Below are positions 1-12,486 of a stretch of 64,000 nucleotides of DNA, in pieces; the first letter of the stretch is position 1, and each line of letters opens with the position of its first letter. Both the position numbers and the translations under genes were made by a program. Below the pieces are notes generated by a model, which was not told the origin of the DNA, ran no database searches, and saw only the letters and a list, made by a program, of their open reading frames with translations. Source of the stretch: Ignavibacteriota bacterium (GTDB lineage: Bacteria; Bacteroidota; Ignavibacteria; UBA10030; CAVZMI01); NCBI GenBank assembly GCA_963776275.1, contig CAVZMI010000026.1, positions 1 to 64,000 on the forward strand, read 5' to 3'.

Positions 1-806
1 ACCTTATCTTCAATATGACCGAAGAATTTGGCGGCGACAGGAGAAAAGACAAAAACATCGCTGCATTGCTCGAACTGCTCAGGCTTCCATTTACCGGCAC
101 AGGTTCTATCGGTCTTATGCTTTGCAGAGACAAAAGCCTGTGCAAACAAATTCTGGCCCATCACCGAATAAAGGTGCCTAATTTTCTGTTCTTTCCGCCC
201 GGCAGAAAAATTCGGTTGCCGGAATCGGTACGCTTTCCGCTGGTTGTCAAACCCGTATTTGAAGACGGCTCAGAAGGAATCTCAAACGCCTCTGTAGTTA
301 ATGATGTCGAGGCTCTCAGGCAGCGAGTTCAGTTTGTTACGGAAAAATGGAATCAGGACGCAATTGCCGAAGAATATATCGAAGGCAGAGAATTTTATGT
401 TGGAATAATCGGCAATAAAAAACTGACAACTCTGCCGATTCGAGAATGTATCTTTAGTAATAAGAGTACTATTGGTCCGTGTCTTGCAACTTATCGCGTA
501 AAATGGGATGAAGAATATCGCAGCAAATGGAATATAAAATTCGATTTCGCAGAACTTGATAAGACTATAACGGGAAACATTTACCAAACTTGTAAACAAG
601 CGTACGAGCTGCTGCAACTGCGTGATTATGGCAGAATAGATTTAAGACTTACGGCAGATAACAAAATTGTTATTCTGGAGGTAAATGCGAATCCTGACGT
701 TGCAGACGGCGAAGAACTTGCCGAGGCTGCCAAAAAAGCCGGCATTCCATACGAAAAATTTATCGAGCAGATAATCTATACCGCACTTGCTCGACACAAA
801 AATTAA
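1..806 (+). CDS. D-alanine--D-alanine ligase-like ATP-grasp protein (5' partial)
   Basis: Frame open from the window edge (LIFNMTEEF). ATP-grasp motifs PFTGTG, DKSLCK, VVKPVFEDGSEGIS, EEYIEGRE, DYGRIDLR, LEVNANP. Confidence 0.85.
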   Translation, partial: LIFNMTEEFGGDRRKDKNIAALLELLRLPFTGTGSIGLMLCRDKSLCKQILAHHRIKVPNFLFFPPGRKIRLPESVRFPLVVKPVFEDGSEGISNASVVNDVEALRQRVQFVTEKWNQDAIAEEYIEGREFYVGIIGNKKLTTLPIRECIFSNKSTIGPCLATYRVKWDEEYRSKWNIKFDFAELDKTITGNIYQTCKQAYELLQLRDYGRIDLRLTADNKIVILEVNANPDVADGEELAEAAKKAGIPYEKFIEQIIYTALARHKN

Positions 807-807
807 T

Positions 808-981
808 ATGACTGAAATAATACCATCTCAAAAACAGGATGTACTTGACAGACAGTTTATGAAAACAGCTATTGACCAGGCACATATCGCTCTGGAAAAT
901 GGCGATGTGCCGATTGGAGCGGTTATCGTCCATCAAAATAAAATTATCGCCAAGGGGTACAATCAGCGGCATAATGCATAG
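808..981 (+). pseudogene. tadA: tRNA adenosine deaminase (TadA-like), N-terminal fragment only
   Basis: FMKTAIDQAHIALENGDVPIGAVIV...GYNQR, then breaks before the HAE/PCxxC zinc motifs. Likely an assembly junction at ~970. Confidence 0.7.
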
Positions 982-1069
982 AAGGCCCCGGTATGCTGTC
1001 CAAAACATGGTAGAGAGAATCATTCAAGAAAGAAAATATGATTAATGATCTGCCTTGAGAAATATCTCA

Positions 1070-1215
1070 CCCCTTCAGGGTTTTTTGATGTCCATTCTTT
1101 TAAGATTCAAGGGGCTACGCCCCTTGCGGACATATCCCACCCCCTTGGGGTGGTTTTAAAGGCATATCCATACTGCGAAATTCAAAAATTACATTACATT
1201 CAGACCCTGTAAGGG
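1070..1215. repeat. REP-like palindrome cluster
   Basis: cccttcaggg, aaggggctacgcccctt, ccccttgggg and ccctgtaaggg palindromes in intergenic DNA. Confidence 0.5.
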
Positions 1216-1460
1216 TCGGATACTCCGGGTCAAAAGAAAGTTACTTCTGCATCCCGATGGAAATCGGGATGCGATATCTATTTTGGACAAGTCTGATTTG
1301 GATTAAATAACCGATCACCGTTGAAAGCAGGGGCTTTCTATGATCCCCCTCTTTTCTCCCTATGGGTCGTAGACCCCCTTAAGAAGGTGGAGAAAACTGT
1401 CTTCATTCAATCTCACAATAAAAAATATCTCTTTCCTTGAAGATGTGCAAGTCGAAAATA

Positions 1461-2512
1461 TCAGGCGGCATCCGAGGATTTCCTACTGTCTGTCCCCGGC
1501 TTATAGGCACAAAGCGGTTCTGCTGCAAAATAATCTCCGGTTGCAATATACGCACGGGCACGGCACCCGCCGCAGATATCACGGTACTCGCACCGTCTGC
1601 AGCGACCTTTATATGGGTTCAGACTCCGCATCATCTGGAACAAATGCGATTGTTCCCAGATGGACTGAAAATTATATTGCGCCGATTTTAAGGAACCCGC
1701 TGCAACAGCTAATTCGCCGCAGGTCTGAACGATCCCTTCTCCTGTGATATAGGCATAGTATCGACCGCCCGTACATCCCTGTTCTGTGATTTCTTCCTCG
1801 TCCGGATCATCAAACGAAAATGAACGCCGGACCGACTTTTCCTGCTGCCTGAGAATTCTATAATATTGAGGTGCACATGTCGGTCGATACCCAAACCAGG
1901 AAGGCACAAGTTCCCGCTGCCGTGACAACCAGATTAATGCGTCTTCATATTCCTTTTCTGATAGAAACAGTCCTGTATTCTCCCAATCCTCCGGTATTAG
2001 AACGTATGGATGAAAAGCAGACGCGTTTGCCCGGATAACCAGATCCAGAATGAGTGGAAGATCCTGGACATTTTTCCGTGTGATTGCCGTCGTAATCGAG
2101 AAAGGAAGATTAATCTGGCGTGAAAATTCAATCGCCGCCTGAGCCATGTCGAAATCTCCGACACCGTGGGCACTCGTCGTGCCTCTCGGGAGTTGCCCCA
2201 TCCAGCCGGATAACGAGTGAACGGATTCCATTATGTGCAATCTCACGGATCAACGTGAATGCAAGATCATTTGTCAGAGGATCCAGATGCATCTCAAATC
2301 CATGAGACGCTCCCAATGCAGTTATTTCGAAGATATCGGTGCGCTTGAGGCAGTCTTTTCCCGTCCAGACGATTACCGGTTTCGTAAAATGAGCGATATT
2401 CTCCAGGACGCTTCCGGATCTCCGCTGTGGTGAGTATCTCATTTCCTTCCGATCCTGTCAGTTCCCATTCGAGTAACTGAAGAGGATATCTTGAACGAAC
2501 TTCTTTTCCCAT
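1461..2512 (-). CDS. AhbD/NirJ-like radical SAM-SPASM homolog lacking the CxxxCxxC motif (two frameshifts, ~2413 and ~2170)
   Basis: Three ORF pieces join colinearly: LLEWELT...LTTAEIRSVLENIA, IRLDGATPERHD, TCAPQYYRILRQ, GCTGG...QTCG, GRCRRCEYRDICGGCRARAY...EPLC (SPASM). Confidence 0.75.
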
Positions 2513-2578
2513 TTAAACTCCATCCCTGTGCAACACCTACACCAGACGGGTATAGAACATCCTATCCATACAACTAAA

Positions 2579-2722
2579 CTAGTACCGCTCCAACTATTAT
2601 TTCAAAATAATTCTGTGTGATTATGTGTGTTGGAGTCCCGCTCTCCGAGCGGGATGCCCCTTCATTTGTATACGGTGAAACAGTACCGCTTCGCGGTATT
2701 TAATTAGTTGGAGGGGCACTAG
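2579..2722. mobile_element. MITE-like element with 18-bp imperfect terminal inverted repeats
   Basis: ctagtaccgctccaacta (2579-2596) matches tagttggaggggcactag (2705-2722) at 16/18. Internal hairpins present, no ORF. Confidence 0.45.
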
Positions 2723-2790
2723 CTATCAACACGCTTCGACTCCTTCGTCAGCAAACATTGGTGACTCAGTCGCTCAGCGTAATGATTAAT

Positions 2791-5117
<2,327 letters not shown>

Positions 5118-5154
5118 TTTTCCTTTTTGAATAATAATACAAATATCCGGTCAC

Positions 5155-5988
5155 TTATAGAACATCGTTCAGCGTTATCAGGTTTCTCGCCCGGAGCGAG
5201 TCGCCCTGCTGAGTATATGCCAGTGCAAGATTCCGGAGCACGCGTTCGATTATATATCGATTGCTCACTTTTTCAAGATAGGAGGGAGTATAACCGAATC
5301 CCGTCTGGTCAAGCGATGCAATACACTGCTCCCGTGTAAGAAGTTGCCCTCCGTTGAACGGATCAATGAAGATTTCCGATGAACCGACTGTATAATTTAA
5401 TAAAAAATGACTCGGCATTCCTATACCCGCCAACGGTATATTCAACCGGCGAGCAATAAGTAGATACACGATGCAAAGACTGATTGGAATACCCATGCGC
5501 GAATCGAGTACCCGGTTGATATAAGAATTGTCAGGATTGTAATAATCGATTTTGTTTCCCTGGAATTTTTTTTCTTTGATAAAAAAATCGTTGACAAGGT
5601 ATAAAATTTCGTCGGGATCGTCATGACCCGCCAGTTTGGCATCAAGCTCCGCAGCAAAGCTGTTCAGCATTTCTGTGTAGTATTTCACATCGAGCATCGG
5701 ATATTGATAACGGCCAATAATGAACATTCCCCGCTCAAGATCGATGTCTCCCTGTCCTGTATGTCCCACGAGATCACGGAACTGCGCACGCAGCTGTCCG
5801 ATGGTGATCCGCTCGGCAATATCTTTCGCCCGCTCTTTCGTCAGCGGTGATCCCGTTTCCGCTGCTTCCAGAAGTGACGGGACAACGTCGGGTCCCATCT
5901 CGAGAAGTCTCCGCTGCACCATGTCATAGACGCTCGACTCATCATCAAGCAATCGGATTAGCGATTGATATTCTTTGGAATCGGCCAT
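5155..5988 (-). CDS. SirB1/transglutaminase-like (Transglut_core2) family protein
   Basis: FQGNKIDYYNPDNSYINRVLDSRMGIPISL, GIGMPSHFLL, IDPFNGG. Start taken at MADSKEY. Confidence 0.8.
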   Translation of the reverse strand: MADSKEYQSLIRLLDDESSVYDMVQRRLLEMGPDVVPSLLEAAETGSPLTKERAKDIAERITIGQLRAQFRDLVGHTGQGDIDLERGMFIIGRYQYPMLDVKYYTEMLNSFAAELDAKLAGHDDPDEILYLVNDFFIKEKKFQGNKIDYYNPDNSYINRVLDSRMGIPISLCIVYLLIARRLNIPLAGIGMPSHFLLNYTVGSSEIFIDPFNGGQLLTREQCIASLDQTGFGYTPSYLEKVSNRYIIERVLRNLALAYTQQGDSLRARNLITLNDVL

Positions 5989-5992
5989 GGAG

Positions 5993-6826
5993 CTACTCTT
6001 TTTTCTTAGGATAATTCCGTAGAAGTTCTTTTTTAAGATACGTGAATGCCTCTTGCGGGGTGTCGGCAAATGTGAAAAGACTCATATCCTCCGCATCGAT
6101 CATCCCGTACTTTACCAGTGCATCAAAATTGATAATCTTCTCCCAATACGAGCGGCCGTAGATGATGACCGACATCTTTTTTCGGATTTTCCCTGTTTGC
6201 AGCAGGGTCAACAGTTCCATCAATTCGTCCATTGTCCCGAAACCGCCGGGAAAAACGATCAGCGCTTTACCAAGATACACGAACCAGAATTTCCGCATGA
6301 AAAAGTAATGGAATTCGAAATTCAATTCGGGTGAAATATACGGATTTGAAGCTTGTTCGGACATCAGGCTGATGTTAAGACCGATCGACTTGCCCCCGGC
6401 GAGCTGCGCACCCTTATTTGCAGCCTCCATAAGACCCGAACCGCCACCCGAACAAACAATAAATCGCTGCTCCGAATCGATTGACTTCGACCACTCTGTA
6501 AGGAGTCTTGCCAGCTCAACGCATTCATCATAATACTTCGACATTTCGAGATCGACGAGCGCCCTGTCGAGCTGCTGCTCCAGATTCTTCTTTCGCTGCC
6601 CGTGTGTTTTCTGAATCCGCTTCTTCAGTTCTCGAATTTTTTCGAGCACGGACTTCCGCGTCTTAATCCGCGAAGAACCGAAGAAGACAATTGTATCTCT
6701 GACCTTATTCTTCCGGAATCGCCGGAACGGCTCGAGGAATTCTGCCAGGATCCGGATTGTACGGGCATCCGGACTGTTCAGGAATTCCTGGTCTCTATAT
6801 GCCTTATCTAATACTGACCGTTTCAT
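5993..6826 (-). CDS. LOG family (TIGR00730-like) nucleotide monophosphate nucleosidase
   Basis: VCSGGGSGLMEAANKGA, FHYFFMRKFWF, FPGGFGTMDE. Confidence 0.9.
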   Translation of the reverse strand: MKRSVLDKAYRDQEFLNSPDARTIRILAEFLEPFRRFRKNKVRDTIVFFGSSRIKTRKSVLEKIRELKKRIQKTHGQRKKNLEQQLDRALVDLEMSKYYDECVELARLLTEWSKSIDSEQRFIVCSGGGSGLMEAANKGAQLAGGKSIGLNISLMSEQASNPYISPELNFEFHYFFMRKFWFVYLGKALIVFPGGFGTMDELMELLTLLQTGKIRKKMSVIIYGRSYWEKIINFDALVKYGMIDAEDMSLFTFADTPQEAFTYLKKELLRNYPKKKE

Positions 6827-7585
6827 TCATTCTCCAATGGGTACCAAAGTGCGCCCCCCGTCGACGGCAATGATCTGGCCTGTTATATATTTCCCGCGTG
6901 TGGCAAGAAATGCAACAAGATCGGTGATATCTTCAGGAACTCCATTCCGCCTAAATGGAATCTTGTCCACCGGAAGATGTTTTCGTTTTCTATTTTCCTC
7001 CCCCTTCATAAAGATTGTACCGGGTGCAATAGCATTGACGCGAATTGCCGGAGCGAGAGCGCGCGCAAAGCACCGGGTACTCATGATGAGTCCGGCTTTT
7101 GAAATGCTGTATGGAATATGTTTCGCCCATGGCTGTAAACCGCCGACTGAAGCTATATTGATGATCGATCCTCCACCGTGACGAAGCATGACCTTTGCAG
7201 CCTCCTGCATCAGGAATGCCGGCCCTTTGAGATTTGTGGCAATGGTTTTGTCCCAGAGCTTTTCATCAAACGTATCCCACGCTGCATCGATAAAAATTCC
7301 GGCATTATTCACAAGAACATCAATCCGGTTAAAATGCTTCACTGCGGTACTGATCGCGCGACGGAATGCACCCGTCGATGTTATATCTGCTTTTATTGTC
7401 ACGCATCTTCTTCCATAACTCGCAATCTCTTTTTTTACCTTCGCCGCGGAAGTCGTATGATGAAGAACGACAATATCAAAACCCTCGTGGGCAAGCCGCA
7501 GTGCGATATGCCGTCCCAGCCGCCGTGCCCCACCGGTGACAAGTGCAACAGGTCTACTTGATTTATATTTTCTTTTAGGACGCAT
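6827..7585 (-). CDS. SDR family oxidoreductase (pteridine reductase/FolM-like)
   Basis: TGGARRLG, NNAG, YSISKA, VNAIAPG, VDGGR. Confidence 0.85.
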   Translation of the reverse strand: MRPKRKYKSSRPVALVTGGARRLGRHIALRLAHEGFDIVVLHHTTSAAKVKKEIASYGRRCVTIKADITSTGAFRRAISTAVKHFNRIDVLVNNAGIFIDAAWDTFDEKLWDKTIATNLKGPAFLMQEAAKVMLRHGGGSIINIASVGGLQPWAKHIPYSISKAGLIMSTRCFARALAPAIRVNAIAPGTIFMKGEENRKRKHLPVDKIPFRRNGVPEDITDLVAFLATRGKYITGQIIAVDGGRTLVPIGE

Positions 7586-7796
7586 TTTAAGTCAGATTAA
7601 AATTGCCATTTCTACTCCGTGTCCTTCTGGATAGCATTGTTAAAGTCCTCTGTGATCTCTGTGGTTATATTTTATCGATGAGAAAAGAAAACACCACGAG
7701 GATAACAGACAATTTGTGGTGCTGTAACCCTTTATTATATAAAAATAATTGTTGGGTCACCGCCACAGAGGACACAGAGTTTAAAAATCATACATC

Positions 7797-8279
7797 TTAA
7801 AAATAATGAATTAGCATCTGAACAAGCTGTTCGAGATATTTCTTATCAATCCCGTCGAAACTATTTACGCTTGCACTATCGATATCCAGTACGCCCCTCA
7901 AGTCTCCTTTAATAATTGGAACAACAATCTCGGAGCATGAGTTCGCATCGCAGAATATATGCCCAGTGAATTTTCTCACATCCGGGACGACGACGGTCTC
8001 TTTCCGTTCAGCGGCGGTTCCGCATACACCTTTCCCCACGGCTATGCGAACACATGCGGGCTTCCCCTGAAAAGGACCCAGAACCAGCTCATTCCCTTTC
8101 TTCAAATAGAATCCCACCCATGAGTAGTACGAAAAACACATTTTCAACGCTGCAGAGACATTCGACAGGTTGGCGATGAGATCACTTTCACCCCCAAGCA
8201 ACGATTGAATTTGCGGAAGAAGGGATTTGTAAAGTTCTTCTTTTGAATCAGCGGGATTGACGATAATTTGAGTTCCCAT
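7797..8279 (-). CDS. msrC: GAF-domain free methionine-R-sulfoxide reductase
   Basis: ANLSNVSA, WVGFY, LGPFQGKPACVRIAVGKGVCG, SEIVVP, GVLDIDS. Confidence 0.85.
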   Translation of the reverse strand: MGTQIIVNPADSKEELYKSLLPQIQSLLGGESDLIANLSNVSAALKMCFSYYSWVGFYLKKGNELVLGPFQGKPACVRIAVGKGVCGTAAERKETVVVPDVRKFTGHIFCDANSCSEIVVPIIKGDLRGVLDIDSASVNSFDGIDKKYLEQLVQMLIHYF

Positions 8280-8439
8280 TGCGGTTCGTTTATCGGTGCA
8301 GTAAGAACAAAAAAGCCAATTCACGTTGAAATGAATGTAGAATTGGCTTTACAATACCAGAATATCTCAAATAACGCACGGAGTTACTATAATACTAATC
8401 AAAAATCCGTGGACTAACCAATCATTTCGAACACACGGA

Positions 8440-8468
8440 AGTATACAAATAAAATCTTTGACTATCAA
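8440..8468 (-). promoter_or_regulatory. sigma70-type promoter upstream of the msrC operon
   Basis: Minus strand TTGATA-N17-TATACT. Confidence 0.55.
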
Positions 8469-8842
8469 GAAAAAACATATCGTATAGTATTAAAGAGTGA
8501 TCATTTTGCCTTCGACTGGATCGACATCAGCAGATTGCGGTTAAAAAAAGCAGCGTGCCTATGATACGACAAAAATATTTTATATTCAAGGTACATCCAA
8601 TTAATAACAGGTCGATCTGTCTAGTGGTTTCGGAAAAAGTTGTTGCTGTAGGATGTGATGGCTTATGGTGAGCCCCTCGACAGCTCTACAAGCCTCCCTC
8701 GAGGGTGCCAATGGGCTCGCGGTACACACACTCGGGGCAAGCCTGTAATATCACATGATGAACGCTGTATACGAATACCTTTTAGATCATCTTCTGGGGC
8801 AGGTCATCACGCTCAGTTTTTTTATCGAATGAATTGATTGTT

Positions 8843-10579
8843 CTAATATTTTACCAACACCGTTTGCTTGTCCTTTGCTATTATCTGCGGTATCTGTTCT
8901 CTATTGTTCAGGTATCGAGCTTGATCCGGGACATTTGCTAGCAAATACTTTTCCATCTCTTCGACCGTTATTTGTTTATCGTTATTTGAGTCCGCATTTC
9001 CTTTTAGTCCCTTCAAAAAATAGTAAGTGAACAAAGCATGTTTTTTTTCATCATACCAAGACGAAACTTGTTTTGGCGAAGATGAAATAAAAATTATTCC
9101 ATTATTTAATGAAACTATCGGATTTTCCACTGCAATGAGAGTGGGACTGATATTTTTAAGTAACATTCCTTTTGCGGTCGATCCCGAGAATGATGCATCA
9201 ATGACGATGACTACATTTCTTGCTTTTATTAAGGAAAGTTTTTCATAGAGTTCTTTAACTTTGTATCCGGTAGACTTTACATAAACTGGATTACAATCGT
9301 ACGGGACGAAATATGGTTCCTTTGTTTCTGGGTCAGGCGCACCATGGCCGTTGTAGTAAATAAAGATATCGGATTGACCGTCTTTAATGTAGTTACTGAG
9401 TTGTTCTTCGAAAACGCGTTTGAATGCGGAAAGACCTGCCTCATCATCATAGAGTTCTATAATTCTACGACTGTCATACCCGAACGCATGAATTAGATAT
9501 TGTTTTAAAAGGACTGCATCCTCTTTAGCGTATTCTGCTCTCGGAATACCATCCTGTTCATATTTAGATATACCTATTATAACTCCGATGGCGTTTGGAT
9601 TCTTTTCAGATCCATTAGGTATATCCCGTTCCAAATCTGAGCTTCCAATGAGTTTAGGTCCGATAGACCTATTGTCGGTTAATTCCTTGCTAGTCAGATA
9701 TTTGTCATTTCTATCCTTTGTATAAATTGAGGCCCAATTCGCGAGAACTACCTCGACTTCTTGTTCTAAACCGTTTCGTTCTATTTTCAGCCTGACTTTT
9801 TCCCCTGGCTTAGAATCCGAAATAATAGCTATGAAAGATTTGCGATCTTTGGTTTTTACACCATTTAATTCTAGAATTTCATCACCTTCCTTAATATTAA
9901 CTCTTTCGGCAGGAGAATTTGAAATAATCTTATTTATTCTCAACTTATTCTTGTTCGTACCCTCGCTTTCAAACTCCAATCCGATCCATCCGGCATTCCC
10001 AATCCTTTGGATAGTTATCTTTATGTCATCTAATGCTTGAGATAAAAGGGATTCAGCTACTGGAGTAGTATATCCGTAGTACAATCCAAGCAATCCCGAA
10101 CTTTTTTTCTCGGATACCAACGAACTAAGTGAATCACCTTCGGGAGTCATAACATCAATCCGAATTATGACGTTACCCTCTGAAAATCCGATAGGAAAAC
10201 CAACAAATCCAAGCCCTACAATAAAAGGAAGAAGAAATGCGGGAGACCAATATGAATTTGAATATAATTGAACAATTTCTAAATCCATTCTTAGATCTGC
10301 TTGTTCGGCTCTGTCTACCATATGTGGAAGAACCGAGTTCCTCAAATTATCCTTAATGTTTGAAATAAGTTCATTTTCAGAAAGCCATAAATTATTTCCA
10401 CCTTTTAAAAGAGTGTATTTTCGAAGTTTAACATTCAAGAGTATTTTCTGAGAGATTGGAGATGGATTGTTAATTTTTGTATCTACAGTGAGGGTAACAT
10501 TACTACTACATGATAGAAAAGTTATCGTAAAAACGATTGATATAACTCTAATTCTGTGTCTTCTTATTATCTTAAACAT
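8843..10579 (-). CDS. Lipoprotein with PDZ domain and C-terminal caspase-like (C14) domain, predicted inactive
   Basis: Lipobox FLSC; PDZ GWIGL...SPAERVNIKEGDEILELNG; caspase YNGHG but IDASFSG (Cys>Ser). Confidence 0.8.
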   Translation of the reverse strand: MFKIIRRHRIRVISIVFTITFLSCSSNVTLTVDTKINNPSPISQKILLNVKLRKYTLLKGGNNLWLSENELISNIKDNLRNSVLPHMVDRAEQADLRMDLEIVQLYSNSYWSPAFLLPFIVGLGFVGFPIGFSEGNVIIRIDVMTPEGDSLSSLVSEKKSSGLLGLYYGYTTPVAESLLSQALDDIKITIQRIGNAGWIGLEFESEGTNKNKLRINKIISNSPAERVNIKEGDEILELNGVKTKDRKSFIAIISDSKPGEKVRLKIERNGLEQEVEVVLANWASIYTKDRNDKYLTSKELTDNRSIGPKLIGSSDLERDIPNGSEKNPNAIGVIIGISKYEQDGIPRAEYAKEDAVLLKQYLIHAFGYDSRRIIELYDDEAGLSAFKRVFEEQLSNYIKDGQSDIFIYYNGHGAPDPETKEPYFVPYDCNPVYVKSTGYKVKELYEKLSLIKARNVVIVIDASFSGSTAKGMLLKNISPTLIAVENPIVSLNNGIIFISSSPKQVSSWYDEKKHALFTYYFLKGLKGNADSNNDKQITVEEMEKYLLANVPDQARYLNNREQIPQIIAKDKQTVLVKY

Positions 10580-10593
10580 CTATTTTTTATTCC

Positions 10594-12486
10594 CTATTTT
10601 AATCTTATCAATTCAGTTTTCTTGTCTTTTCCTATCACGACAGGTGTTTGTTTACGATTATTGAGGTAAAGAGCCTGTTGGGTAATATTAGTGCTAAGAT
10701 AACGTTCCATTTCTTCGACGCTAATGCTTCCATCGTCATCAAGATCAGCTTCTCCTCGTAAGCCTTTCAAAAAAAAGTAAGTGAAAAGTCCATGTTTCTT
10801 TTCATGATACCAGGTAGAAACTTGATCTCCGGTACAAGAAGCGAATACAAATCCGTTTTCCAACATTGCTAGAGGATTCTTCGCAGTGATATAAATAGGA
10901 CTTATCTCTTTTAATAACATCCCCTTTTCACTTCCACCGCTGAAACAAGCATCGATTACAACAACTGTTCGTTTTGCTTTAAGTTTCGAAAGTGCATAAT
11001 AAACTTGATTAACGCTATATCCTGTTGATTTAGCATAACTAGGACTACAATCGTAGGGAACAAAGAAGGCGTCTTTCGTCTCGGGGTCAGGTACACCATG
11101 ACCACTGTAGAAAATGAACAAATCAGACTGACCGGGTTGAACCAGTCCAGCGAGCCGTTCTTCAAATAGTAGTTTGAAGCTCGATAGGCGAGCTTTTTCA
11201 TCATAAAGTTCTATGATCTTCAGACTGTCAAATCCCAAGGTGTTGATTAAATACTTTTTCATAGTTTCTGCATCTTGTCTTGCATAGTCAACGGTAGGGA
11301 TATCAGAGTCCTTATATTGAGATATTCCAATTACAACCGCCACCCCTTTTGCTGATCTCTTTAAACCTTTAGGTATGTTTGTATCGACATCAGAAAAATA
11401 TTCACGGGTTGGTATGCAAATCTCAGCCGATGGTGCTTCAAAACCGTTTTCATCAGATACTTGGATTTTAAAACGAATGCTGTCATTTTTTATATTTTCG
11501 GTCGCGCGAAGCGTGAATTCAGCAGTCCTGTTACCTTTAGGAGGAATGTCTTTTAAATAAATAATATCTTGGAAAATAACAGCCTCTTTGGGCTCAAGTG
11601 GTGAAAGCATCATTTTTACATTATGAGCAACACCGTTACCTGAATTGCTTATGGACATTCGTATTTTTCCTGTTTCTTCCGCATCAAGACAACCATTCCC
11701 CGATGGTTCTAAGAAGTTGAATCGAAATGCTAGAACAGGCGGATTAGGTTTTTCAAACTGTGGGCGCATTCTAGACATTGATGCAATGAGCTTTTCCTTA
11801 TCCTCTATGTACTTCTTTTTTACCTCATCTAACACCTTCCCTAATAACATAACCGCACGTGCATTCCCCCTCTCCCCCCAGTAAATCCAGAAATTCCCTT
11901 TGTCGTTTCTACTCGCACTATACTCACCTAGGGGTATTCCCTCACGAGATTGAATGTCCCATGTCACTTCTACTGTTGCATTTGAAGAACCAATAGGAAA
12001 TAGCCCTAATAATGCAAGTAGACTAAATAGTGGATCGAGCTTGACCTCATCGTGCCAGAATAAAAATCTATCAACCCGAACTCGAACAACAAAATCAGGA
12101 TCTTCTCCCAGGCTCATTACTGCCTTTGGAAAAATGGTAGATTTCAGATTATGCTGTATACTCTCTTTAAGACTTTCAATTTCTGTACCTCCAGTAACTT
12201 GACCGAATTGAACTTGCAGACACGGTTTCTCCTTAATCGGTGATGTGTCCTCAACCTCACCTTCTATGATCCAGTTCGTGCCACCACACCCTGACCAGAA
12301 TATTAGTGAGATTATGAATGAAAGAACAATTAAAAATTCCACCCGAATATTTGTGTCCAGACGATCAGCGACCCAATATTTTTTTAAATATAAATTATTT
12401 CTATCAGGATTTGCTAAGGAATAATAATTTCCGATTTTTATAAAATTTGAAATCATTTTAAAGAATAAAATTTTATTAATTCTCAC
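10594..12486 (-). CDS. Membrane/lipoprotein caspase family protein with a CARDB-like Ig domain
   Basis: Hydrophobic segment ending FWSGC; EPSGNGCLDAEETG Ig domain; YSGHG and IDACFSG dyad. Confidence 0.8.
   Translation of the reverse strand: MRINKILFFKMISNFIKIGNYYSLANPDRNNLYLKKYWVADRLDTNIRVEFLIVLSFIISLIFWSGCGGTNWIIEGEVEDTSPIKEKPCLQVQFGQVTGGTEIESLKESIQHNLKSTIFPKAVMSLGEDPDFVVRVRVDRFLFWHDEVKLDPLFSLLALLGLFPIGSSNATVEVTWDIQSREGIPLGEYSASRNDKGNFWIYWGERGNARAVMLLGKVLDEVKKKYIEDKEKLIASMSRMRPQFEKPNPPVLAFRFNFLEPSGNGCLDAEETGKIRMSISNSGNGVAHNVKMMLSPLEPKEAVIFQDIIYLKDIPPKGNRTAEFTLRATENIKNDSIRFKIQVSDENGFEAPSAEICIPTREYFSDVDTNIPKGLKRSAKGVAVVIGISQYKDSDIPTVDYARQDAETMKKYLINTLGFDSLKIIELYDEKARLSSFKLLFEERLAGLVQPGQSDLFIFYSGHGVPDPETKDAFFVPYDCSPSYAKSTGYSVNQVYYALSKLKAKRTVVVIDACFSGGSEKGMLLKEISPIYITAKNPLAMLENGFVFASCTGDQVSTWYHEKKHGLFTYFFLKGLRGEADLDDDGSISVEEMERYLSTNITQQALYLNNRKQTPVVIGKDKKTELIRLK

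Noticed and set aside
8330-8840. Distal att repeat or integrase for the island
   Set aside because: I found no copy of the tRNA 3' end here and no recombinase in the window. Island status rests on gene content and position only.
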